Source of the DNA: an uncultured delta proteobacterium
Lineage (GTDB): Bacteria > Desulfobacterota > RBG-13-43-22
Length of the DNA stretch: 64,000 bases
Direction of reading: 5' to 3'
NCBI GenBank assembly: GCA_963790475.1
Contig: CAWBOS010000015.1
Location: 544,001-608,000, forward strand
In this document: in pieces, positions 39,993-50,249 of the stretch
How the letters are laid out: every line of letters starts with the position of its first letter
How positions within the stretch are numbered: the stretch's first letter is position 1
Program-made: the position numbers and the translations under genes
Notes under the pieces: model-generated
The model's database searches: none
Told to the model about the DNA's origin: nothing
Seen by the model: the letters and a program-made list of their open reading frames with translations, nothing else

Positions 39993-42258
39993 TTACGCTC
40001 CCTTCTTTTCCGCTTCCCGTTTGGAGTGATAGACGGGAAGGGTTACCGTAAAGCTGGTCCCATGGTTTATCGGGTCCTCTTCTTCGGTTTTGGTTTCCAG
40101 ATGGATAGTCCCCTGATAATGATTGACGATTCCATAGGTGACGGTCAATCCCAAGCCTGTGCCTTCTCCCACCTTTTTGGTGGTAAAGAAAGGATCATAG
40201 ATCTTTTCTCTATGCTCTTTCCTGATGCCCGTTCCGCTGTCGGCAATGACTGACTTCCACCTTATCGGAATAGATCTGCCAGTGGGATATGACGGTCAGC
40301 AGGCCGCCCTTGGGCATGGCGGCGACGGCATTGTTCATTAAATTCAGAAAAACCTGTTGTAATTGGACCGGGTCGGCCTTGACCCTGGGCAGGTTCGGTT
40401 CCAATTCTTTCTTTAACTGGACTTTTTTAATCATCAAATTGTTTTCGACCACGGCCAAGACTGTTTCCAAATTGAGATTGATATCGCTGATAGTATCGGA
40501 ATGTTCGGTGTATCGGGAAAAACTGAGCAGATTTTCAACGACTTTTTTACAGTGATTGCCTTGGCGCTCTATCTTTTCCAGGACTTTGTGGGTCTTATCA
40601 TCCGCCGGTATCTTATCCAGCATATAATCACAGTACCCCAGGATAACCCCCAGGGGATTGTTGATCTCATGAGCGACACCGGCGGCCAACAGCCCCAGGG
40701 AGGCCAGTTTCTCAGTATTGATCATTTGCTTTTCTATATTTTTTTTCTCCGTAATATCCCGGGAGATCCCCAGCAGGCCCTGAACCTGACCCTCATCATC
40801 TTTGATGGCGATCAGTTGGGTGTGCAACCAAACATCATTGGCTCCAATCTTCAGGCTGTGTTCTATGGTCTTGGGTCGGCCCGTTTGCCAAATCTCATCA
40901 AATAACTGCGGGTGAAAAAAGCCGTCGGAGGGGAAAAATTCAACCAGTTTTCTGCCGATAAAATTTTCCGATTGTTCTTCATAGGGGAGCTTAGAGCCTT
41001 TTTCTGATTCAGGATTGACCAGTGCCCCTCTCAGAAAAATGGCCCCATACTGATTCAACGATATAAATCTTCCCTCCCGGTCGGCAGAGAAAATGATATC
41101 CTGGGCCCCTTCCACCAATTTTTTATACCGCTCTTCCGAGTGTTGCAGGTCTTTGGTCTTGTTCTCCACTTCGGTTTTCAGGGTCTTGGTGTATTGCCAT
41201 TCGAACCCGATGATCGTCAGACTCCCCAGGATGATGGCGAAGATGATGAACCCCTGCATAATAAATTGCCAGAGATAGGGCCTGTGAATCACCTCATCGA
41301 TTTCCGTGGCCGGGGCTACCACAGCCACTGCCCAATTAACCGATGGAGAAGTTCCATGAAGGCGGACCGGGGCATAGGCGATCAATTTGTTGATATTTCC
41401 CCGCTCCCCGCGGTGCCATCCCGAAACATACCAGGAGGTGCCCTGCTGGCCGGCGAGCATCTTTTCCTTCTGTATTCGATTGATCTGATCAAAAGAGATC
41501 TTGGCCGCCCGCTGGCCCCTGACGGCAAAGGCATTTTTTCCGATAAATTCCGGAACCGGGTGATAAATAAAATTCCCATCATCATCAATGGCCCAGGCAT
41601 AGCCGGTTTTTCCGGAGCGGATGTCCTTGAGCATCTGGGTTACAAAATATTCCTTATCGAGCGTGAGATATAAATAACCGGCATACTGAAAACTGGAAAT
41701 CGGATGGGCATCATCGACCGCTTCCAGATAAGTCGGAATAACGATTTTCATGACCGGCCTGACCGCAGTACCGTTTTGTTTGTAGGCCGGTATCAGGGAT
41801 ACTCTGTTTTTATTTTCCAGTCTTTTAGACCAAAGAAAAGGGTCCCGGTCGGCTTCAGAAACGGAGGCCATGCGAATTTCCTGTTTATCCGTAACCACAA
41901 AGAGGGATTTACCGGAAGAGGAGACCCGTCCGATCTCCAGCACCCCGGTTTCTTGCATGGTGGATAAGGTGATTTTTATCCGGTTGGCCCAGGAGACCTT
42001 CTCCAGATATTGCACGGAAGGGGATTGGTTCAGCATTTTCAGCTCTTGAATGATATTGGAAAATTTGTTTTCAAGCTGACGGGCCGCATGGGTCGCCAGT
42101 TCCAACTGCTGCTGATTGAACTGATCACCGACGATCTCTTTCATATACCGGAGCGAATAAAACCCGACGATCAGACCGGCGATCAATAAGGAGACCGTAA
42201 ATATCCCGATACCCAGAATGAATTTTTTTGTTTTGATGAACATGAAAAACCTTTCCAA
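39993..42258 (-). CDS. Cache/PAS sensor histidine kinase, frameshifted near 40250 inside the HATPase domain
   Basis: TM, Cache-like (GYAWAIDDDGNFIYHP), PAS, VAHEINNPL. The missing IADSGTG...YDPFFTTK..GTGLGL end is present in another frame and stops at 39993. Confidence 0.85.
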
Positions 42259-42287
42259 AGATAATGTACGAGTTGCGAGTTACAGGT

Positions 42288-42418
42288 GATGAACTCGCAA
42301 AAAGTCACCGAAGCCCGCATTAGTCATTCCGGCGAAAGCCGGAATCCAGTGATTTTAAGTAGTTTTAATCTCCTGGACCCCGGCTTTCGCCGGGGTGACG
42401 ACTTTTTGCGAATCCATC
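42288..42418. mobile_element. Family A MITE with 19-bp terminal inverted repeats and 6-bp flanking duplication ACAGGT
   Basis: gatgaactcgcaaaaagtc ... gactttttgcgaatccatc (17/19 match); acaggt at 42282-42287 and 42419-42424; two internal palindromic arms. Confidence 0.75.
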
Positions 42419-42489
42419 ACAGGTTACGGGTTAAGGACAATCCGCCTATATTCTTAAAACCCGCAACTCGCAACTCGCAGCCTTCGTTA

Positions 42490-45051
42490 TTATCTTTTAA
42501 ATTCATAATTCCCGGACAGGAAGGCCTCCGCATGCCAGGCTACCATATTTTCGTCGGCCATGGTCATATCGGTTTGCCTGGCACACCCCATCAAACGGCC
42601 CAAATCTTCAAGTTTTTCTTCGGTCATCGGCTCCGGATATTTTCGATAATCGGCCTTGACCAGATCTTCCTTGACCATGACCTCAAAACCCAATTCTTCC
42701 AACACGATCCCCAGAAACCGGGCCCGTCTGCCGCGCCTCAGGATATCCGCCGCCCCCCCCTTGAACACAAAGGTAATGTAATTGTTATTGCGAATCTTTC
42801 CGCAAAAGGAATCCACGGTGGCAAAATGATATCCTAACCGGGAGCTGAAGTTAAGATAATTCAAAGAAACGAGGGCCAGGGTCCGGTCCCAAAAATCATC
42901 GGAAGGCTGGGTGGCCGATTGGGCCATGACCGAGAGCAACCCTTTAACGTCCAAACCTATTGGCCCGGCCCAGCGGATTCCAGGCCAAGTGATCCCTTTC
43001 CACAGGGCCATGAAAGGCACGGAGATGACATTTTCCGGCGGTAGAACACGATGACCCCCGGCCTTTTTAATTCCACCCCCCAAATCCAAAAGATGGAGAT
43101 TGAGGGGCAAAGAAGTCTTGATTCGAATGGGAAATATCTTATGAAGGTCTTCCCTCTCGGAGAGCTTGAACATTTCTTCAATACTTTTTTCATGGGCAAA
43201 ACGGATAATATCATGAAAAGTCTGGCAAGATCGGGGGTTGAAATTCTCGAGTTTGGGGTCTACCAGATTTAAGGGAACAATATAACGGATGATCTCCTGA
43301 AGCCGTTCATAGACCGGGGTATTTAAGAAAAGAGGGTTCTCTTTGGATAATTCCTTTAAAAGAGGCTCTACGCAGCCGGCATAAACTCGGGCATTGAAAG
43401 TATCCACCGTCACCTCCTGCCCGGTTTCCAAACAGGCCGTGGCCTTCCCGGTGTCCACCAGAGTAGGGACTCGAAATTCACGAGCCAGGATGGCCATATG
43501 ACCGGTGGCACTCCCTATGTCGGTGACGATGGCCGCAGCCTTATCCATAACCGAGACAAACCGGGAGGAAGTGTGGGGCGCTACCAGGACTGCCCCTTTG
43601 GGAAAATCAGTCAAGTCCTCGTTGGGCCTGATCTTAAAGACCGGCCCGGCCCCAATACCGAAGGCCCCGACCGTCCCTCCTTCCAGGAGAATCGGATATT
43701 CCTGCGAGATCCGCTCGAGGATTTTTTTCTTTTCTATTTTCTCGTAGGCTCTTAAATTCCGCGTTTGAAGGACAAACAGATGGTCTTCCGGGTCAAGGGT
43801 CCACTCCACGTCTTGAGGATGGCCGAAATGGGTTTCCAACAAACAAGCCCATTTCCACAGGGTGTTCAGCTGGTCCGGATTCAAACAAGGGCTCTCCTGA
43901 ATGGGTTCAGGGACGGCTTCCTCCTGCAGTCCCCCCCCTGGGACGGCGATTAACTGTTTGGGTTTTCGAGGAATTTTTTGCCCTTTAATCTCGCCGGTCT
44001 TTTTGTAGAGCAAATACAGGTCCGGGCTGGCCATCCCGTCCACTACCCATTTCCCCAACCCCCACAAGGCATTGATCAGGACCACCTCTCCGTATTCAGG
44101 ATCTACGTGGCTGGTGAACAGGACGCCGCTGGCCTTGGCCGGGATCAAATTCTGACAGGCGACGGCCATGGCCATTTCCTCTTCCAGAAGGCCTTTACTC
44201 TTCATATAGAAAAGAGACCGGGCGTTAAATTGGCTGGCGACAATTTCCTTATATTTATCGGGGACCTCTTGAGGAGTAATATTTAAAAATGTGGCATACT
44301 GACCGGCAAAACTGAAATGAGTATCTTCAAGAAGGGCACTGCTTCGCAAGGCCAGTCCCCGCCCATGGTTTCCTTCGGCCTGAATTTTAGTGGCGGAATC
44401 CACCAGGATTTTTTCCATATCCGGAGGAATCCTGGCTTGAAGGATCAGGCTCTTAATGGCTTCTCCCGTCTCTTGAAGGGTTTTTTGATCGATGATAGAG
44501 GAATGGTTAAGCAGGGAGACGATCCCGTCCTGAAGGTTATTATGGGATAAAAAATGAATATATCCAAACGTAGTTACGGCAAAGCCTTCCGGGGTGGGGA
44601 GACCCAAGACATTTTTTACCTCCCCCAAATGGGCATTTTTCCCTCCGGTCTGGTGAAAAGAGTCAACCGTAACCCGGTTCAGGTTGATGGTGAAATCGGT
44701 CCGGGGAATCTCTTTTTTTTTCTCCAGGGCCTTTTGAACCTCAAGATGGATCCGTTGATGAATTTCCTTCAGCTCTTCATAACGATTAGGGCTGATATTG
44801 ATAAGATAGGCAACAATGAGTCCCACTTTTTCCGCAATGCGACTGGCGGTGGACCGAAGGTAACTCATATCAAAGAGGAAGTGCCCTCCCTGTTTTTCCT
44901 CCAAGTCGGCCATCAATTCCAGTGTTTCATTATTTTCTTTGAGCAGTTCAGTAAAATATCCGAAGATCTTTTCTAAGGATTCTGACCCCTTGGGATTTTT
45001 GAGTTGATCTTCCTTCCTAAAAAGACGGAAAAAATTCATTTTTATCTGCAA
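42490..45051 (-). CDS. PEP-synthase/PPDK-like protein 4 (start may be MNFFRLF, four codons in)
   Basis: TGGKNAHLGEV, ALRSSALLED..FAGQY, QDVEW, ATGHMAILARE and the shared C-terminal domain. Confidence 0.87.
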   Translation of the reverse strand: MQIKMNFFRLFRKEDQLKNPKGSESLEKIFGYFTELLKENNETLELMADLEEKQGGHFLFDMSYLRSTASRIAEKVGLIVAYLINISPNRYEELKEIHQRIHLEVQKALEKKKEIPRTDFTINLNRVTVDSFHQTGGKNAHLGEVKNVLGLPTPEGFAVTTFGYIHFLSHNNLQDGIVSLLNHSSIIDQKTLQETGEAIKSLILQARIPPDMEKILVDSATKIQAEGNHGRGLALRSSALLEDTHFSFAGQYATFLNITPQEVPDKYKEIVASQFNARSLFYMKSKGLLEEEMAMAVACQNLIPAKASGVLFTSHVDPEYGEVVLINALWGLGKWVVDGMASPDLYLLYKKTGEIKGQKIPRKPKQLIAVPGGGLQEEAVPEPIQESPCLNPDQLNTLWKWACLLETHFGHPQDVEWTLDPEDHLFVLQTRNLRAYEKIEKKKILERISQEYPILLEGGTVGAFGIGAGPVFKIRPNEDLTDFPKGAVLVAPHTSSRFVSVMDKAAAIVTDIGSATGHMAILAREFRVPTLVDTGKATACLETGQEVTVDTFNARVYAGCVEPLLKELSKENPLFLNTPVYERLQEIIRYIVPLNLVDPKLENFNPRSCQTFHDIIRFAHEKSIEEMFKLSEREDLHKIFPIRIKTSLPLNLHLLDLGGGIKKAGGHRVLPPENVISVPFMALWKGITWPGIRWAGPIGLDVKGLLSVMAQSATQPSDDFWDRTLALVSLNYLNFSSRLGYHFATVDSFCGKIRNNNYITFVFKGGAADILRRGRRARFLGIVLEELGFEVMVKEDLVKADYRKYPEPMTEEKLEDLGRLMGCARQTDMTMADENMVAWHAEAFLSGNYEFKR

Positions 45052-45371
45052 ACCGAAAAAGTTTTAATTTTCCGGGCATTATAAAAAGCCAGGAAGAAAA
45101 TAGCAAGAATTGTATGCTGATCGAATAAGAACGATTCGATTTTAGCGACCATCTTCTACCACACATTTTCCCTTTCATTCTTCCCCCTTTTAAATTAATA
45201 TCGGTAGTCTTCAATAAAAGGAATTAGACGGAAACGGTGTTCGGCTGCCGATGGCCTATAAAATTTTGATTATTAGAAAGGCCATTGTTTATTAATTCTT
45301 GGATATTAGTTTCGCATGCCACCTGGAGGTGAGAAATTCAATTAGGTGAGGTCCTGCCTCTTTACAGCATA

Positions 45372-46691
45372 GTGCCCTTCCTGGGTCTGTTGTTATCTAT
45401 AGCCTTATGTCCTCTTTTCCTGACCAAATTCTGGCATGACCATTTTGGTAAGGTTGCCGCCTTTTGGGCAGCCCTGACCGCTGTTCCCATTATCATTGCC
45501 TATCAGGGCCTGGCCGTAAATCAATTTATCCATGTCTTAGTGGTAGATTATATTCCCTTCATCATACTTCTTTGGTCCCTTTATACGGTATCGGGCGGAA
45601 TTGTCATCCACGGCAATCTGATGGGGACCCCCCTCACCAATACCATGATCCTTCTTTCAGGAACAGTCCTGGCCTCCTGGATAGGCACCACCGGAGCCTC
45701 CCTGCTTTTGATCCGTTTTTTTCTGAAGTCCAATAAGCATCGCCGGAACAAGGGCTTCATGGTTGTTTTTTTTATATTTCTGGTAGCCAATATAGGGGGG
45801 GGCTTGACGCCTTTGGGAGATCCCCCCTTGTTCCTTGGATTCCTTCATGGGGTCCCCTTTACCTGGACCTTCCGCCTATTTCCCCAGATACTTTTTTTGG
45901 TGATTGTCCTGCTGACCATTTACTTTTGTCTGGATCATTATTTTTATAGGAAAGAAACCCATCAATTAACAAAAGGGAAATCGGCTTCTCAGCGGCTTGG
46001 CGTTAAGGGTTCGTACAATTTGATCTTTCTGGCCGGGGTTATCGGATCGGTCATACTGAGCGGCTGCCTTGACCTGGGGGCAGTCCATTTCTGGGGTGTC
46101 TCCTTCCGGATCATAGACTGGACACGCGACGGTCTGCTGATTCTCATGGGTCTATTTTCCTTACTGACCACTCCGCGAATTTTCCGGGAGGAAAACGAAT
46201 TTACCTGGGCCCCCATCCTGGAAGTGGGTTATATCTTTTTTGGATTATTTATTGCCATGGCCCCCTGTCTTCTTATTTTAAAGGCCGGGGATAAAGGGGC
46301 CCTGGCCTTTGTCACCTCCTCCCTCAAGACCCCGGCCCATTATTTCTGGGCCTCGGGAACCCTGTCGAGTTTTCTGGATAACGCCCCCACTTACCTGTCT
46401 TTTTTAAGCTCGGCCCTGGGCAGCTTTTACCCGGCCATGCCGGAGTCCCTATCCGTACCAAGACTGATCAGTGAAAATGCCGCTTTTCTGAAGGCCATAT
46501 CCTGCGGTGCCGTTTTTATGGGTGCCAACACCTACATTGGAAACGCCCCTAATTTTATGGTACGATCGATTGCCGAGGAAGCCGGTGTCCCTATGCCCAA
46601 TTTTATCACCTATATTTTAAAATATTCCCTGCCCATCCTCTGCCCTCTTTTCCTGATCATGACCTTTATTTTTTTCAGGAGGATCCCGTGA
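45372..46691 (+). CDS. IT-superfamily putative sodium:proton antiporter / citrate-transporter-like protein, 5' end uncertain
   Basis: GTTGAS, FFIFLVANIGGGLTPLGDPPLFLGF, LSSFLDNAPTY, GANTYIGNAPN. Confidence 0.75.
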   Translation: MPFLGLLLSIALCPLFLTKFWHDHFGKVAAFWAALTAVPIIIAYQGLAVNQFIHVLVVDYIPFIILLWSLYTVSGGIVIHGNLMGTPLTNTMILLSGTVLASWIGTTGASLLLIRFFLKSNKHRRNKGFMVVFFIFLVANIGGGLTPLGDPPLFLGFLHGVPFTWTFRLFPQILFLVIVLLTIYFCLDHYFYRKETHQLTKGKSASQRLGVKGSYNLIFLAGVIGSVILSGCLDLGAVHFWGVSFRIIDWTRDGLLILMGLFSLLTTPRIFREENEFTWAPILEVGYIFFGLFIAMAPCLLILKAGDKGALAFVTSSLKTPAHYFWASGTLSSFLDNAPTYLSFLSSALGSFYPAMPESLSVPRLISENAAFLKAISCGAVFMGANTYIGNAPNFMVRSIAEEAGVPMPNFITYILKYSLPILCPLFLIMTFIFFRRIP

Positions 46692-47578
46692 AACCTTTCA
46701 AGGTCTTGTTCGCGACTAAGTTCGGAGAATCGGCCTTTGATTCCTTAGTTTCTCTCTTACCTTTAAAAAAGGTGGGGCTGGGAGAGATCATCCTGACCCA
46801 TATCATTCCTCGGGACGAAGTGGCCTACGTTCCTTATGGGGGATACATGAAAGACGAGGAAGAACGATTACGGGAAGAGGCGAGAATTCGTTTTGAAGAC
46901 TGGGAGAAAACCATCTCCCGGGCAGGGATTAAAAGTAAAATTCATATTGAGGTCGGTAACCCGATACCGAAGATCGTGGAAATCGCCGAGATGGAAAAAT
47001 GCAAATTGATTGCGGCCGGTCACAAAAAGCGGACCACCCTGGGAAAAATTATTATCGGTTCCCATACCCTTGAGCTGCTGCGTTGGAGCAAAGTTATTCC
47101 GATACTCATAAACAAACCCCCGATCGAATGTGATCCGGGCGGTCAGGGGATCTTGCAACAAAACGATCATCCTTTCCGCAGACCCTTGTTGGCCACCGAC
47201 TGGTCTAAACTAGCAAACAAATCTCTGCGTTTTATAGCCTCTTTTAAAGATGCGATTGACCGGGTGGACGTCGTTCATGTGATTGGGAGCAAGATATCAA
47301 AAGGTGTAAGCAGGACGGAATTGAAACGTTTGGAAAGAGAAAGCAAGGAGAGACTTGCGGCTTACGCTGCCTACCTGCGAAACACCGGGATCGAGGCCGA
47401 GACCCACTTGGCTGCCGGAAGAACGGAAGAAGAAATTCTCCGGCTTTCGAGTGAACTGAAATCAACCATGATCATCATTGGCACGACCGGGAAAGACCGC
47501 ATAGGCGATTTTTTTCTCGGGAGCGTTTCCCACCGCATAGCCGAACTATCCGACCGCCCCACCCTCTTGATTCCATAG
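46688..47578 (+). CDS. Tandem-domain universal stress protein
   Basis: Two USP units (VLFATKF / LLATDWS; IIGSHT / FLGSVSHRI). Confidence 0.85.
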   Translation: MKPFKVLFATKFGESAFDSLVSLLPLKKVGLGEIILTHIIPRDEVAYVPYGGYMKDEEERLREEARIRFEDWEKTISRAGIKSKIHIEVGNPIPKIVEIAEMEKCKLIAAGHKKRTTLGKIIIGSHTLELLRWSKVIPILINKPPIECDPGGQGILQQNDHPFRRPLLATDWSKLANKSLRFIASFKDAIDRVDVVHVIGSKISKGVSRTELKRLERESKERLAAYAAYLRNTGIEAETHLAAGRTEEEILRLSSELKSTMIIIGTTGKDRIGDFFLGSVSHRIAELSDRPTLLIP

Positions 47579-47820
47579 AACATTCTGAAATTAGATCGGG
47601 GGAGGCGGATAATTTCCAGTGGCGGTCCGGTCAACTGGGGAACAAATTCGCATTTCCCCTTTTTGGCTTTATGGATTCTTTTGAACGCTAAGGGATTTTT
47701 TTGGTGGCCCGGAAGGGTGTCTTGAGGGCAGACCCAACCGGCAGGCCCGGATTGAGGCCCCCAAAGCACCGAATTATCTTGTCCCGGCCGGTCAAATGAA
47801 TCGTCCGAAATCTGAGTTGA

Positions 47821-48628
47821 GGCTCCCAGGGGCTGCTCTTATCCGGGGCCTTGGCCTATTATACCCTGTTGTCGATCGTGCCCCTGTCCATCCTATCCTT
47901 AATCGTTCTGTCCCATTTCATCGAAGAGGCCCAGCTATTCCAAATGTTATCGACTTATATCGGGATGGTCATTCCCGGCTATGCCGCGACTTTGAATGAC
48001 CAGGTTCGGATATTTCTTGAGAATCGGAAAGTGGTCGGCATCGTCGGGTTCCTGGTCATGTTGTTTTTTAGCTCCACCGCCTTTACCGTGCCCGAAAGGG
48101 CTATGTGGGTGATCTTTCTTCACCGGGTCAGGGTTCCCCGCCGCTCTTTCTTGGTCTCTTTTATTATGTCTATATCTTTCAATGGGCCTGGGCCTCCTGA
48201 TGGTTTCTTTTATCGCTGGAATCTTGGAGACCCTGGAAAAAGCGGAATTCCTGATTGTTGGATGGACCTTAAGTATTGAAGGCACCTCCAGGCTGGCCTT
48301 GTCGATTCTGGGGATCATCGGTGAAGTCTTTATGCTCACATCCATCTATCTGGTTATGCCCCTGGTGCGCGTAACCCCCCGACACGCCCTGATGGGCGGG
48401 ATAACAGCTACGGGTTTATGGGAAATCACCCGCCGGATCCTGGTCTGGTATTATTCGGTCCTTTCCATGGTCAATTTGATTTATGGTTCCCTGGCCACGG
48501 CCGTGGTGGCGCTTCTGAGCATAGAGGCTTTGGCGATCATCCTTTTGTTGGGAGCCCAGGTCATCGCCGAACTTGAACCTAAACCCGACGATTCAGCCGA
48601 TGAGAACGGCTCCGGATTTAAACCCTGA
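47821..48628 (+). pseudogene. YihY/BrkB family membrane protein, 5'-truncated and frameshifted
   Basis: SQGLLLSGALAYYTLLS follows an in-frame TGA at 47818; frame change near 48170-48182; C-terminal LIYGSLAT..ILLLGAQVIAE. Confidence 0.75.
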
Positions 48629-48797
48629 TCGCTGGTTTCGCCAGGAGATTCACCTTAGGGCAGTTCCAAAAAGTGCAGCCAAGCTTGTCCGGCCCGGAGT
48701 GCACTGAGTTTGGCCGGGTGAGAGGCCGCTTCGGGCCAAGACCGCTCATTCGGCTGTCACCGGGAAGATAGTCCTTCAAAAAAAATCTAATCTTGGG

Positions 48798-50114
48798 TTA
48801 CATTGCGGTCTTCTCAACCGAAATCAGAAAATCTTTTTTATGTGATCTTTGTGTGTTCGAGAGACTAATGGGAGGGGGGGAGTGTTGTTCCCATCTTCGA
48901 ATCGCCTTGATTTCATCCACTGAATGCCAGAGTTCCTGTCCCGGGATATAGGTAACCTGTTTCATGGTATAAAAGGAATATTTGGGGTCTTTAGAGGTTA
49001 TCCCAAAATAGGTCCCGCAGTTGGCCATGTGGTCAAAGGGCCGGATATAGAGAGGACCCCGCAACGAATCCCATTGAATCCCTTCCAGGGCACCAATCAC
49101 TTTTTCGGTTTCTATAGATTTGGCCTTTTCCACCGCTTTTTTTAAAACCATCAGACCGTCATAGATGGTAATGGCCCAGGCTGATGGATACTCCCCGGTC
49201 CTCGTCCAATACTTATTCACAAAGGCCTTCATCCGGGGATTGTTCAGGGCATAAAAAGGGGCCCGGTCAAAACCGTAGAGATTAGGTATCATATCCTCGC
49301 CCAACCCTTTAAAAAGGTCATAATCAAAAAGACCGATTAAACGTACACCGGGAAACAGCCCCATGGCCCGGCCTTTTCGGATAAATCCGGACAGATCGCC
49401 GCCCCACAAGATGGAGTAAATAACCTCCGGTTTGCTGGAAATCAAGGTATTGATATAAGGGCTGTAATCCTGTTCCCCCAATTTTGCCCAGAGTTCTTTG
49501 ATCACCTGGGCTGAGGGACTGAGTTCGGACAACCTTTTTTTAAAGGCTGCGGACTGGCTTTGTCCGTACTCAGTATCCGGACCGATGATGGCGATTTTTC
49601 TAAAGGATTTCTTGGAGAGGAAGGCGGCCACAGCCCGGCCTTCCATATAGGTATTGGGGGTAACCTGAAACAAATAACGGTGGCCGTATTCGGCCGTTAT
49701 CTTTTCATTGTTGGCGGCATGAAAAAATATCAATTTTTTATTTTCCCGGCATACCTGGGAAACGGCCAGGGCAACGGAAGGGCTGGTAGGACCGACCAAA
49801 AAATCAACTTTATCTTTCCAAATCAAATCCCGGGCCAAGGCCGACCCCAATTCGGGATTCAACTGGGAATCGCGGACGATCAGCTCCACCTTGCGGCCCA
49901 GAAGACCTCCGGAGGAATTGATCTCTTCCAGGCCGATTTCCAGGGCCTGTTTCTGCGATAGGGCGATCAAGAATCCCGAGCCGGTCACATCGGCTACGAA
50001 TCCAAATTTGACGATTTTTTTGTCCGCCCAGGAATGGCCTGGGAGAAAAATAAACAAAATCAGAAAAAGCCAAAACAGAAAAGAAGATAAATTTTTATCT
50101 TGATAATAATGCAT
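48798..50114 (-). CDS. Branched-chain amino acid/amide-type ABC substrate-binding protein
   Basis: Signal peptide, EEINSSGGLLGRKVELIVRDS, DTEYGQ; no permease genes adjacent. Confidence 0.85.
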   Translation of the reverse strand: MHYYQDKNLSSFLFWLFLILFIFLPGHSWADKKIVKFGFVADVTGSGFLIALSQKQALEIGLEEINSSGGLLGRKVELIVRDSQLNPELGSALARDLIWKDKVDFLVGPTSPSVALAVSQVCRENKKLIFFHAANNEKITAEYGHRYLFQVTPNTYMEGRAVAAFLSKKSFRKIAIIGPDTEYGQSQSAAFKKRLSELSPSAQVIKELWAKLGEQDYSPYINTLISSKPEVIYSILWGGDLSGFIRKGRAMGLFPGVRLIGLFDYDLFKGLGEDMIPNLYGFDRAPFYALNNPRMKAFVNKYWTRTGEYPSAWAITIYDGLMVLKKAVEKAKSIETEKVIGALEGIQWDSLRGPLYIRPFDHMANCGTYFGITSKDPKYSFYTMKQVTYIPGQELWHSVDEIKAIRRWEQHSPPPISLSNTQRSHKKDFLISVEKTAM

Positions 50115-50249
50115 AAAGGCCCTCTCCTGAAAATAAAACTGTAAACAGGAACCCAGATCAGAAATACTTGTTTTCCCCACACAAGAATTGTATATAATAT
50201 TTACCTCATTTGAACAAAAAAACAAACAAGAGATTCCAAAGGGGACTTC

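Noticed and set aside
42286-42837. 183-aa plus-strand ORF
   Set aside because: Made of the MITE translation (HSGESRNP...LDPGFRRGD) plus antisense of the PPS-like gene
17455-45051. Calling the four paralogues ppsA/ppdK
   Set aside because: No C-terminal pyruvate/PEP-binding barrel motifs are visible, so no gene symbol is given
48798-50114. Orphan ABC binding protein as a novel system
   Set aside because: Solitary binding-protein genes of this family are common; nothing else links it to the cluster
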